This document shows positions 22,201-31,885 of a stretch of DNA of 64,000 nt, one piece after another; position 1 is the first letter of the stretch; the number at the start of each line of letters is the position of its first letter. This DNA comes from Ramazzottius varieornatus (taxonomy: Eukaryota; Animalia; Tardigrada). The stretch lies in the NCBI GenBank assembly GCA_001949185.1, contig BDGG01000003.1:2297663-2361662 (forward strand), given 5' to 3'. Under the pieces are notes generated by a model, which was not told the DNA's origin, ran no database searches, and saw only the letters and a program-made list of their open reading frames with translations. Position numbers and translations under genes: made by a program.

Positions 22201-22537
22201 GCGCACGTTTCCAGCCAGTAACACTGGTAAAGTGCGCCGCTTAGGAAAACAGTCTTGTTTGTCGAGTTCACTTTCCTTGGATGTGTCTGATGACTTTTCT
22301 TTTACTTATAGGTACGTGGAACTGCTTCTGCGCTTCTCCGCCATGGACAAGCTAGAGGTGGTTCGTGACGGGTCGACCGTATTCGTGCGAGAGATCGACC
22401 CGAAGCGTCCACCCAAGCTCGTGCCGAAAGCCGTCGAAGGTGCGCCGTTGAGCAGTCTGAGCTTAACTCAGCTGGTTCCTCAGTACCGAACGGCTTTGTC
22501 CACCAATGGTACTTTTGTGATCAACTTTCAACAGTAA
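7294..22537 (+). CDS. Chromo-barrel (Tudor-knot) + Lys-rich linker + PINIT + SP-RING: PIAS/Siz-type SUMO E3 ligase fusion, ~1093 aa, 13 exons
   Basis: Phase-compatible GT-AG exons: 7294-7399, 7490-7625, 11590-11685, 17465-17574, 18474-18554, 18780-19553, 19794-20447, 20740-21132, 21195-21412, 21505-21642, 21707-21809, 21880-22126, 22312-22537 (3282 nt). Exons 1-3 give KGESVWAYWKDKWFQSKI...YKVHYANWGSK|YDEWV (chromo barrel). Exons 9-11 give LLRFC...HPRNLVLTLN...KRFCSPVEVP...NQLVIEW (PINIT). Exon 12 gives LLCPMTKKRLTIPVRSRACQHNECFD...WICPLCNK (SP-RING). The domain calls are strong; the 11685->17465 join is inferred. Confidence 0.75.
9260..9760 (-). pseudogene. Degenerate pogo-family (DDE_1) transposase remnant A
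   Basis: Minus-strand fragments FITNMDQTSLRLQNTYKKTLCPEGATEV, RDRAPAH and IRAGLIGTYQGPDVDVIIPF carry the three catalytic-Asp motifs, broken by frameshifts and stops. Confidence 0.75.
9973..10548. mobile_element. hAT-type MITE (~576 bp)
   Basis: Terminal inverted repeats TAGAGATGGGATAAGTGTGATT / AATCACACTTATCGCATCTCTA. Interior is rich in CACACCGA/TCGGTGTG and ACCGAAA subterminal repeats. Flanks GTGTAAG(C)G and GTGTAAGG form a near 8-bp TSD. Confidence 0.8.
12185..14565 (+). mobile_element. Tc4/Tc5-like (pogo superfamily) DNA transposon, copy 1
   Basis: ~165-bp near-perfect TIRs (12185-12349, 14401-14565) starting CGAGGGGATT, a 3-bp TGA TSD on both sides, and an internal spliced transposase. 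Confidence 0.92.
12522..14353 (+). pseudogene. Tc5-like transposase pseudogene, copy 1 (2 introns)
   Basis: Introns 12640-12701 and 13312-13381. HTH region, NADQSG/LADSW/QPLDV and C-terminal CGWC...CFHH...HFC are present. Disabled by TAA at 12570, indel(s) near 13635 and TAG at 14108. Confidence 0.88.
15254..16920 (-). pseudogene. Degenerate pogo-family transposase remnant B, interrupted by a MITE
   Basis: Minus strand reads SGMSLHKFAKDHGIPDSTLRRWM (HTH), MINFDETSVKLQNP|HKKTLSPKGVKDV...ENFTVGLAIAADGYKFPAVVIFKG, RDHAPAH, GLTGKYQPLYVEVNYPFK and TKKGYLKKPS...VSEAW...NSF. Contains stops and frameshifts; the third catalytic Asp appears as Tyr. Confidence 0.85.
15957..16242. mobile_element. Palindromic MITE (286 bp) with 8-bp TSD
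   Basis: Ends TATAGAAGGCTCGGC / GCTGAGCCTTGAATA, TTAGCCG/CGGCTAA subterminal arrays, and a perfect TSD CTTGTGAG (15949-15956, 16243-16250). Removing it restores the pogo reading frame. Confidence 0.9.
19574..19700. repeat. Palindromic element, copy 2 (intronic)
   Basis: CCCAAGTGGCGCAC...GGCGTCACTCAGG...CATTTGCC. Confidence 0.75.
20516..20630. repeat. Palindromic element, copy 3 (intronic)
   Basis: TTGGGATGT...AAATGAA...CATGTGGCGCAC...GTGCGCCACTT. Confidence 0.75.
22154..22280. repeat. Palindromic element, copy 4 (intronic)
   Basis: TTCAAGTGGCGCAC...GTGCGCCGCTTAGGAAAAC. Confidence 0.75.
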
Positions 22538-22825
22538 TTTGGTTTTGTGATATGGATCGAGAAGCCGACCGACGTATTTTACCAGCTTGTGATGTGTTTT
22601 TCGTTTCTTTCACTGTTATTACATTCATGTGCATTTACTGTAACAAGTTAAGACTTTATTTATAATAATCAGTACTGAATGATTTTTACGTTGAGCAATG
22701 AAGATTCGGCCAAAGGTGCTGCTTTTTTGCTTTTCATGGACTAACGCTGTGCTGTTTCGCAGCTTTGAAATACGGTTTTCATTTGTGAGCAATTATCGAG
22801 TACGGGATATGGAATACCTTTACGT

Positions 22826-25800
22826 CTACCGACGAGCTTGTTTATTTTGCTTTTCTGATTCAGCCGCTGTCTGTTTTGTGGCGACATCTTCTATCTCTAT
22901 TATTACGTCTTGGTCACCGACGGTTTCACCGGGCTTGAAGTTTACCTTTTTCACCTGTAATAGTGAAATTACGTAAACGAAAAGTTTTGTCGCATCGAGC
23001 AGAATTGTAAGAAGGGATTTACCTTGCCAGTTACCGCTGCTGTTAGTCCATTCTGCATCTTCATAGCCTCGATCACGCAGACTTCCATTCCTTCCGATAC
23101 CATATCGCCAACAGACACTGCTATCGACTTCACTAGTCCTGGCATAGGTGCGAGTCTAAAGAAGAGTAGGTTAGACATGAGGTGCCGGCGGAAAGTTAAA
23201 GGAATGTACCGTACTGCCGTTGCCTACATACTTTCAGGCGCAACCTCATCGTGAAAAGAAAGTATGCAGGTTCATGACATACCGGCGAATTGTGCGTGGC
23301 CGTCCCTCAGAGTACGATTTTCCACACGGAAGACAGCATAACAAGGTGGATTAAGAGAAACCCAGACTTACACTTGTCGACTAGTGTCGGCGACTTTCTT
23401 GGCCGGCATCCAGTGCAGATATTTATGAACATCTTCCTGGTAGACATGAAGCGGGAATACTGAACCCAGGTACTGCAGCTCGATCTTCCCCACTGCATTG
23501 CGACTGATCAGCTGCAGGACTCGTTGTTGACCATTAACGGTCACCCGAATGACTGGATCTGCTAGGTTGATGGAGTCGCTGATTTCCAGTTCCGTGTCCT
23601 GGATCCTGGCTTTGAACGTCTTGGCGGCTTTGTTGTACTGTACGGATACAGGCTCGCTGGTCTCCCCGACGCGAATCTGCAATCGATCTTGTTACGGACT
23701 TGATCAAGACGAGAAAAGATAAGGAGTTATTACGTTTAGATTATAGACGCGTTCACGAGATGAGTGCTTCGATCCTTGTGTGGAGTTGAGGAACTTTCGG
23801 TCACGAAGTTTATCGGTAACGTAAAGGCAGCCGGCTACGATGGCAAGAATTTGCTTTTCTTTCGCTTCCAACTGTTTCCCACGGAAACCATTTGGGTAGA
23901 CGGTGGGCAGGTAGGCTGTGTTAATGTCGCCCCTAACGAACCTATCGAAGAAACCAGCATGGAAGATCGTTGTGCGGTTCACAAATCCAGGAATTGCTAC
24001 CTTTCAGGCACCTGCATACACTTCACCGCACGTTTAGCGAAGTTCTCGCGTACTCAGGTCCGAGCAAAAGCAGAAGGCAGCAGAACACGGCCTTGATTAC
24101 CACTCTATTGTGGATCAAGGCTGTGTTTCCTTAATACTTTCATCAAAAAAGCACGAACCTGTCTTCGGTGACGATGTCTCGTAAGAGGGGAATGTTATGT
24201 GTAACACCTCGGATGACATATTCGTCAAGCGAGTCGGCAAGGAGGTCCAAGGCATGCTGGCGGTCTTTGCCAACGGTGATCAGCTTGCAGATCATCGGGT
24301 CGTAGAAGAGACTGATCTCAGAGCCTTCGGTAATACCCGTATCGCACCGAATATACCCATCCTGAGGCACTTCCCCTATGGACTTGTTCTGCGGTTCTCG
24401 GTAGACCTTCAGCCGACCCACCGAAGGTAAGCCAAAGGCTTTGAAAGGATCCTCCGCGTACACTCTTGCTTCGAAGGACCATCCGTGGATCTTGATGTCG
24501 TTTTGTGTGAAACGGAGAGGGTAACCACGAGCTGAACGTAACATGTGGTAAACGATATCGACGCCTGCACCAAAAAAAACCCATAATTTTACAGCAAGCG
24601 TATCACTTGAGAGCTCGGCAATCAGACTGTATCACATTGTTTTCCTACGTGACGTACGTTCTCGATGATAATAGCTGGAAGTGTACGTCACTTGCAGAAA
24701 CGATGTGGTCGAGCTCGTTTGCCGTGCTCCCATTTTTAAGGAATGGACGCAGCGTACCTGTGATAGATTCTGTGATGGGATGCTCGACTTGTAAGCGAGT
24801 ATTCATTTCGAGAAAGTAAAAGTTCTTGTGCTTGTCCACCAGGAACTCTATGGTCCCCGCGGAGTCATATCCGACGGCTTTGGCCAGAGCCACAGCTTGT
24901 TCACCCATTCTCTTCCGTAGTTCCGGATCGACAAACGGACTGGGCGCTTCTTCGATCACCTTCTGGTTTCTTCTTTGAATGGAACATTCGCGTTCGTTCA
25001 GGTAGATCGCGTTTCCGTGCTTGTCCCCGATCAACTGAAAGCAGTTTCAGGGTCGTACGCTAAGGTGGAATTAGATTGGTGAAAGTATGTAAACATACCT
25101 GGACTTCGATGTGACGGGGTTCTTCGATGTACTTCTCAATCAGCATCCGATCGTCGGCAAAGCTGGACTTGGCTTCTTGCTGGGATAACCTGTAACCGTC
25201 CCGAGCTTCATGATCGTTCGTTGCGATACGCATGCCTTTTCCACCACCTCCGGCTGATGCTTTGATCATCACAGGATAACCGATTTCCTTTGCAAGTTGA
25301 ACGCAATGGTCGGCGTCCTAAAAAAGGTCATTAAGAAATGTTACCAAATTAGTCTCTACCAGTTATCATTCGCAAACTTAGCTGGTAGCTTACTTTGACT
25401 TCCCCTTTGAAACCTGGAATGGTGTTCACTCTAGCCTTCACGGCCAACTCCTTGCTGTGAATCTTGTCCCCGAGAGCGTTGATGGCAAAACTGTTTGGTC
25501 CGACGAAGGCGATCTTCTCTTTCTCGAGATGCGCGGCAAACTCTGTGAAACAAAGAAACTCCTACTCGTATATAAATCAAGGGCTTCCGGATACCTAGAA
25601 ATTCGGAAAAACATCGTTACGAGTACCTGTGTTTTCGGAGAGGAAACCATAACCGGGATGGACGGCTTGCGCTCCCGTCTTCCTGCACGCATCGATGATC
25701 CGCTCCCATCGTAGATAACTATCCGCGGTCTGCGCTGTTCCGATCAAGATGGCTTGGTCCGCCATACGGACATGCATGGCGTTGGAATCGACATCGCTGT

Positions 25801-26108
25801 GGACCGCTACCGTCTTGATCCCAAGCGTCTGCAATATTTATCAGGTATTGATGGAGTAACGACTTTCGTTCTTAGTACCAGACGAGGCTTACCTTGCATG
25901 TCTTGATGATCCGACACGCAATCTCTCCGCGATTGGCAATGAGCACTTTGTCGAAGAGAGGTTCCTTCTTGTCATAGTGGTCGTTGAAGTACAGGGAAAA
26001 CAGGCGTGCGGAGTGAAAGCTGGGAAAGGAAGCAGGGGAGCTTTGATGTGTGTATATCCTGCCGAGACGAGGCAGCCAGTGAGTTCGGCTGGCACTCAAG
26101 AGCCGCAT
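22826..26108 (-). CDS. PCCA: Propionyl-CoA carboxylase alpha chain, mitochondrial (multi-exon)
   Basis: [72 protein letters not shown] and the biotinyl motif EAMKMQN. Arg/Ser/Leu-rich presequence. Start codon choice is uncertain. Confidence 0.93.
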
Positions 26109-26780
26109 TTGCGAAGATGTCCTGCAGGTGAAGAGTGCGGTAAGGCTACAAAGAAGAATGGGACGTACCTGCAAGCTGGATTTCTGCTGGGAGGCACTGC
26201 AGGAAGCAAGAAATGGGGGAATCTCTAGGAAAGATTCTCAATCGATCAGCTGATCGCCGATCCGCGGTAAGCTATGTATAAACACATAGTAATGTAATGT
26301 GACATGATATTACGTGGCCGTACATTACTATATGAGTAAGTACTCGTACCTGATACTTCCGGTTCGTACTCCGGTAAGTGTCGCGGTCTTGGACTCTTGT
26401 ACTCTCTGGTCTGGAGAAATTCTGCTCAATGCATAAGCATGTGAGCGTCGGCTGTGATCTTGAATTCTTGATCGTTTCATAACTGACACCTTTCATCTAG
26501 AAGGAGTTCAACATCCGACTCATCGGGAAGAAAGATAACACGCACTCTGGGTCCGCAAGGGCGCCGAGGATACCTCAACGGTACGCAACTTATAAAGTTT
26601 TTTAATGTGAACATCAGCTTACGCTCAAGGTGGTTCAAGCGGATCGGAAAAGAAGACCGAAACAACAAAAGTCAGTCAACGTTTTGGGAAAAATGATAGG
26701 GCTCATCAGCTGACCGAGCACAACTAACCGAGTTGTGTTGACACATTTCACCGGAAGTCAGAAGAAAAAGATGAGCAAAA

Positions 26781-28863
26781 TCACCGGTAAGAAGGATTGA
26801 GAAATTGAACTACATTATAATGACCAGAAGTGAGCCAATCGTTCGCCTCTCTGTACACCGTCTCAGCTTGTCCTCCCACTAGACCCACGACCACTTCCGC
26901 CTTCAGTCCGCGCAACGCGCATAACGGAGCTGGATGGAAGGACCGCAGCGCCGTCCTAAAGGGCGTTGTATGGGACCATTTCAAATCTCCCGTCAGTTTA
27001 CGATAGTTGAGGTCCCCCTTTACGATGATTAAAGACGATTGTTGCAGGTACGAATACAGCTTCGGTGCTCTCGACTAAAATCGAAAATCCCCAGATGACA
27101 GTCAATCAATCGAATAGATTTGCTTGATTGGCTCACCTGCATGTAATCGAAATCGTACGGCATGGTCCAGAAAGGATCGGTCGTCAGGACGAACTTCCCC
27201 GTCATCAAGTAGTTTCTCCATTTCTGTCCATACTTCCCACTGTGATCGTCGATGATGTCCAGCATGCGAAGGAAGTCCGCGATGGTGGTGTCAGAAACGA
27301 ACCAGGGAAGACCTTTGACGTGATAGCAGACTTGAGTGGCCAATCTGGAAGCAATGAGGAACTCTCCAAAGATCAAGTCAGTTACCAGCTCCTGGCCATA
27401 ATTATCACAGATGATGTCAACTCGCACGTGACTCTCTCGGGAACGGCCTTGATGGCAGGAAAGGAGGTGCGCCCATACTTGCTCGCTATCATCAACCAGG
27501 ATAGCTTCACCCATCTTGTTATGTGTGTCGCTATCGTAGGCGTCAGATTTGAACGGTTCTCGACCAGCCGACAGTGAAAGATCACCTTTGTTTCCCCACA
27601 AGGATAACTATAAAGAAACAGGACATTAATAATTTACTTTCTATACGAAGGCTAACGTGGAACTAAGCAAGGATAATATAATCTACAAGGGAAACCGGAT
27701 GAAATCCAATCGATTTCGGTTTTGCGATGACATCGTTCAAGGGATGTCGTCCGTAATTATGATGGACGACAAACAGTCGTTGTGAATTTCAGCAGGAGCA
27801 ATCAGCCTGACGAGCTGTAATCTCAAGCTCAGTCACACAAATGGCAACACTGATTAGTTCCCTTTTCTAAAGCGTAGTTCGGATGAAGGCTATTCGGGAC
27901 TTGGGAGAGTTTCTCGATATAAATCACCCGCAAAAACTGGTGGAAGCTGTCTTCGAACGTCTCCGGGCCAGACTTGTCGGAAGCCAAGGCTTTTGCCATG
28001 ATGGTGGAAAGGTTGTTCAGCAGTGAATGGATGGTCTCCGTACAGTCGCGTAACGATTCAGCTTTCTGCCATTTGAACGGATCCAGTCGTTTCAAATGCT
28101 TCCTGCAAAACGAAAGCTGAACTTAGAGCAGCGAAGAAATTCGCACTTCTCAGTTCTACCTACGTTTCTTGGATGGCAAGTGATATGCGACGGTACAAGT
28201 AACATTCGGCAAAGAGGAAGGACACTTCGAACCATTTGGGTAGGTCTTCTGGATTAACCACGTTTTGAGCAATCTTCGTAGTAAATGCATGGTTCCACTC
28301 TTCCAAGTCATCCGTGATGAACTCGTCCGCGGATGCGGAAGCTGGTGTAAGGCTTCGGGACGACGGAAAGGGAGTCATCGTCTTGTTGGTCTGCATTTCA
28401 TTGCGAAGCTTGGCTAGTGCACCCAGAACATACTTCAGGTCTTCCTCCGCCTCCTGCAACAGACTCTTCAGATTATGTATGCACAACAACGTCAAATGCC
28501 CCCGAATGTACCTGTCGTCGAACGTTCCACGCCTCTTGTGGACCACCTGGATGAGCGTGATGTGCATCCTCGAGCTCCTTCTCGCCGTAGACTTGCGACT
28601 TGTATCGACTGAGGTGATCAACGATTCTGGTCAAAATGATGGGAAGACGTGTTTGGATGGTATGATAAGCAAAAGACCTGCAGAATACCAAGAGCAGGAC
28701 TTAACAGTAAATATCAAGAGCATAAATAGTTCCGAAGACGATAATTACGCTATATATATGTGTACTTGGTATCAAAGGCGGAAAGTGGGAAGGGAGTTTC
28801 GTTACGGTTCCGAGGATCGTGGCTCTGTAGACTTTCATGGTGGGTGTTCGCCACTTGTGTCAT
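26781..28863 (-). CDS. ARMT1: ARMT1 / DUF89 damage-control phosphatase (multi-exon)
   Basis: PLSAFDTK|SFAYHTIQTRLPIIL, WFEVSFLFAECYLYRRI, DPFKWQK, LWGNKGDLSL, DIICDNYGQELVTDL, HVKGLPWFVSDTT, KGDLNYRKL and LRGLKAEVVVGL. Confidence 0.92.
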
Positions 28864-29455
28864 CTTACTGTCCAAGAATCAACAGCCGAGAACTCCGGAT
28901 GAAACACGGTCGAGCTTGGCAACGTACAAATGACCTCGGCTGTCAGCGATGCCGCGTAGAAGTGACTTCCGGTGCTCACTGGGCGTGTTGTAGATCGGCT
29001 GTGAATGGTATCTCTGGAGCGAGCTGCAGCTTGTAGTCCGCACAACGTTACCCTACATCCGTTCCAACACTCCAGCTCTAGGACAGCCCTAAACGGTAGA
29101 AATGCAGACCGAAATGTTAAGGAAGATGGGAATAGAGCCAGTGCTACTCCCGAATCCCGATTCCCGATTCCCGACTGGGTCGATTGACAATTTGACATGT
29201 CATACAGTTTCATGTCATGTTATATAAGAGAAGTACATGGCAGGACATCACCAGAACATCACATGGCACAACAGTGTCCTTCCACACCATGTCAGAGTGT
29301 CTGCAAAATGGCAAATTATGGCTTTATAGAGAAAAATTGTGGCTTCATAGGGGAAAATTATGGCTTTATAGGGGGCCAGATTTCTGTTTGCTCTTCAAAC
29401 TCTAAAGTCGCTCATCAGGCTACTTCACTTGTGTTGCAGCTGGCACATACCCATC
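28864..29455. promoter_or_regulatory. Putative bidirectional promoter between ARMT1 and the SNAPC2-like gene
   Basis: Divergent ATGs are ~590 bp apart, with an ETS-like GAAGTGACTTCCGGT at 28959-28973. Confidence 0.45.
29313..29375. repeat. 3 x 21-bp tandem repeat
   Basis: AAATTATGGCTTTATAGAGAA / AAATTGTGGCTTCATAGGGGA / AAATTATGGCTTTATAGGGGG. Confidence 0.9.
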
Positions 29456-31395
29456 ATGAATTACCTTCGGAAGCTAGCCCCACCACCTGCACAACTAGAA
29501 CCGGGCCCGGACTACTCTGGCAGCTCCACAAGCGAAGCAGGACCAACCACTTCCGGTGAGCCTTCCTTCGATCAGCTTGTTAATGAGTGCCAACAGACCA
29601 TCTCGCAGTATCCCATCGTGCCCGGCAAACTTCCCGTCGGATGCCCGAGTCAGGCCGGCAGAGAGAAAGCATCCCCCATCGTACCTGGCAAACGTCCAGT
29701 TGGACGTCCGAGAAAGACGAATGAAGGGAAAGCCCAGGCGAAATCACTGAAAGCAGCCAAGCGTCGCTCAACTACCGCACGCGAAGACATCAACGAAGGC
29801 ATTCAGCTCTTCCCATCTCCCAAGCGCAAACGTGGACGTCCTCGAAAGTCTGATACTGTCACCATCAGTCCACTGCAGGACGATGAAGTTGAACCGGAAG
29901 TACTTCCTGTAGCTGTGCGAAACCCTGTTAACGGTGTGGGCGAACTGTTGCAAAGTTCCGCTGGGCAGTCCATCAACGGGCCGCGTGTCCTTCGTCTTAA
30001 GCGCTCTCAGCTGAAAAATCCCGACAGCAACGGCGAAAGTACGGAGCAGAACGTGGGGAATGAGGTGGTGGATGAAGATGACTGGGGGCCATATCAGTTA
30101 AGAGACAGGTAACATATACAAACGATAATTTCGGTCCATGCGAAGGTTGTCGTTGATCTCTTCCTCTCTTTGGTTTAAGATCGGCCAAGAAGAAGAAAAA
30201 GAAGAAAAAAGATGGCATCGCAGAGAAGAGAGGAAGGAAGCCTTTGTCGCCACCTCGATACGATCCTGAGACGGGAGCGTTGCACAACTTTGTTGGGCAG
30301 TCGTTCAAGGGGAAGCGCGGAAAGAAGGTTGCGGTGGGCGATAGTGCTTCGTACTGCTGGCTGAACTTCTGGACGGAACAGGAGAAGAATGGTTTGATAG
30401 CTACTGTGCAAAAGTATGGTATCGATGCTCCGGCGGAGAAGCTGCGGAAATTCGTACCGCTGGGCGGAAGTCCTAGACCTGTTCGGGATGTAAGTTCGTC
30501 TCACAATCACAGTGCACTCCCCAGTCCAATCACATCTTTCTGTTTAGCTAACTTCCGTCCATGTTATCCCTTAAGGTGGATGTCTTTGTTCAACTTCTGA
30601 GAAGGAAGTCCAAGAAACTGGTTTATGGCGCGAAGAACTTCGATCTGGACTGTGGCCTCAACAGCCAGTATGTCATGGTAAGATTCCCCTCTCTTCAGCG
30701 ATCTCTCTTCTTTTTATGATGGCCTTTTCTGACACCCGCATGATCCTATGATTATAACGAAACCACCACAGTATTTTATCAGCCGATAAAGTAATGGTGT
30801 TCTTCCCACAGGCGACCAAACTACCCTTCGCCCGGAATCCGGTGGGATATATGCACGCGAACACTCCCGAACTGCCCACGCTTCTGAAACAGGTATGGAT
30901 GATCTGACTGATGTTGAAAGTTTCTTATACATTTTCAGTTCCTTGTGATTTTAGGCCTTTCTTCACGCTGTGGATACACCAGAGAAGAGTGAAGAACCGA
31001 TCGAGGAGAACAACCTGGACTTCGACCGCGTTTACCGAGTTCTCGGCAAGTGTTTCGATCCGAAATCCACCCCAGAATCTCTGGCAAAGCTGGTGTCGCC
31101 AGTGGACATCCGCATGCTGCGACATCTCTTGTCGCGCATCGAGACCACGGCGGCGACTCTTTCCGAGCAGAACGCACCGCTGGTCCAGACGACCGTATCA
31201 CGAATGAAAGCTGTAGACTCACCGGCTTCTGCTCATAAAGAAAGTCTGGAGCGCTTTCCGTTCAGTACCGAGGCTCCCGCTGAAGGGGACTTCGGCCAGA
31301 TAGCGCAGCAGCTAGCCTGCATACCTGACGTGAATAACCTTCGCCTACGACCTAGCGATTTGCTTTTTAACCTTCACGATGCGGCTGCGTCGTAA
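29456..31395 (+). CDS. AT-hook-containing SNAPC2 (SNAP45)-like protein (multi-exon)
   Basis: AT-hooks KRPVGRPRK and KRKRGRPRK, then PPRY...WTEQEKNGL (SANT-like; cf. recalled SNAPC2 PARY...WSAREKRQL). Also LDFDRVYRVL...VSPVDIRMLRHLL (cf. VDFEKIYKYL...LSAAESAVVLDLL) and C-terminal VNNLRLRPSDLL. Confidence 0.6.
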
Positions 31396-31425
31396 ACAAG
31401 TGTTTCTTTATGTCTGTTTCAGGGA

Positions 31426-31550
31426 TTGGGAGGTGGACAAATGATTTGAAGCAAATTGTTTTCCAAGTGGCGCACACTTTCAGCCAATAATATGAAGCCC
31501 TGCGCCACTTGAGCTAACGTTCTGCCTCCATTCATTTGCCTACATCACGA
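31426..31550. repeat. Palindromic element, copy 5 (between convergent 3' ends)
   Basis: TTGGGAGGTGGACAAATGA...CCAAGTGGCGCAC...TGCGCCACTTGAG...TTCATTTGCC. Confidence 0.8.
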
Positions 31551-31885
31551 TTACGTGGTTTCCAGCCAGATAAAAGCTTTTCTTTGACTGAAAAGCGTAC
31601 CGCAGGATACTTCTTGTTTAGTAGTTGACTTCATCCATAGGATACATGAAAATAAAACAGAACATCTGATGCCGTAAAACAACCCAATGCAAACACTAAT
31701 TATGATATTTTCAGATTCAAATAAGCGTCAGTAAACAGGAAAAAAAACGTCTGATAAAACAGCTTAAACCTTGGCATGTCTAACTTTGCTACCAAGTACA
31801 CAAACTGCACAAATCTGGAAACCACGGCGAGACCAACCGGAAATTAGTTTTACGAAGCTCACATTCGGACATCAGAGGCTCGCTC

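Noticed and set aside
28849-28858. CGCCACTTG core match near the ARMT1 start
   Set aside because: Short match within coding sequence with no arms or spacer; likely chance.
28314-29036. 240-aa plus-strand ORF
   Set aside because: Antisense to ARMT1 exons; no recognisable motif.
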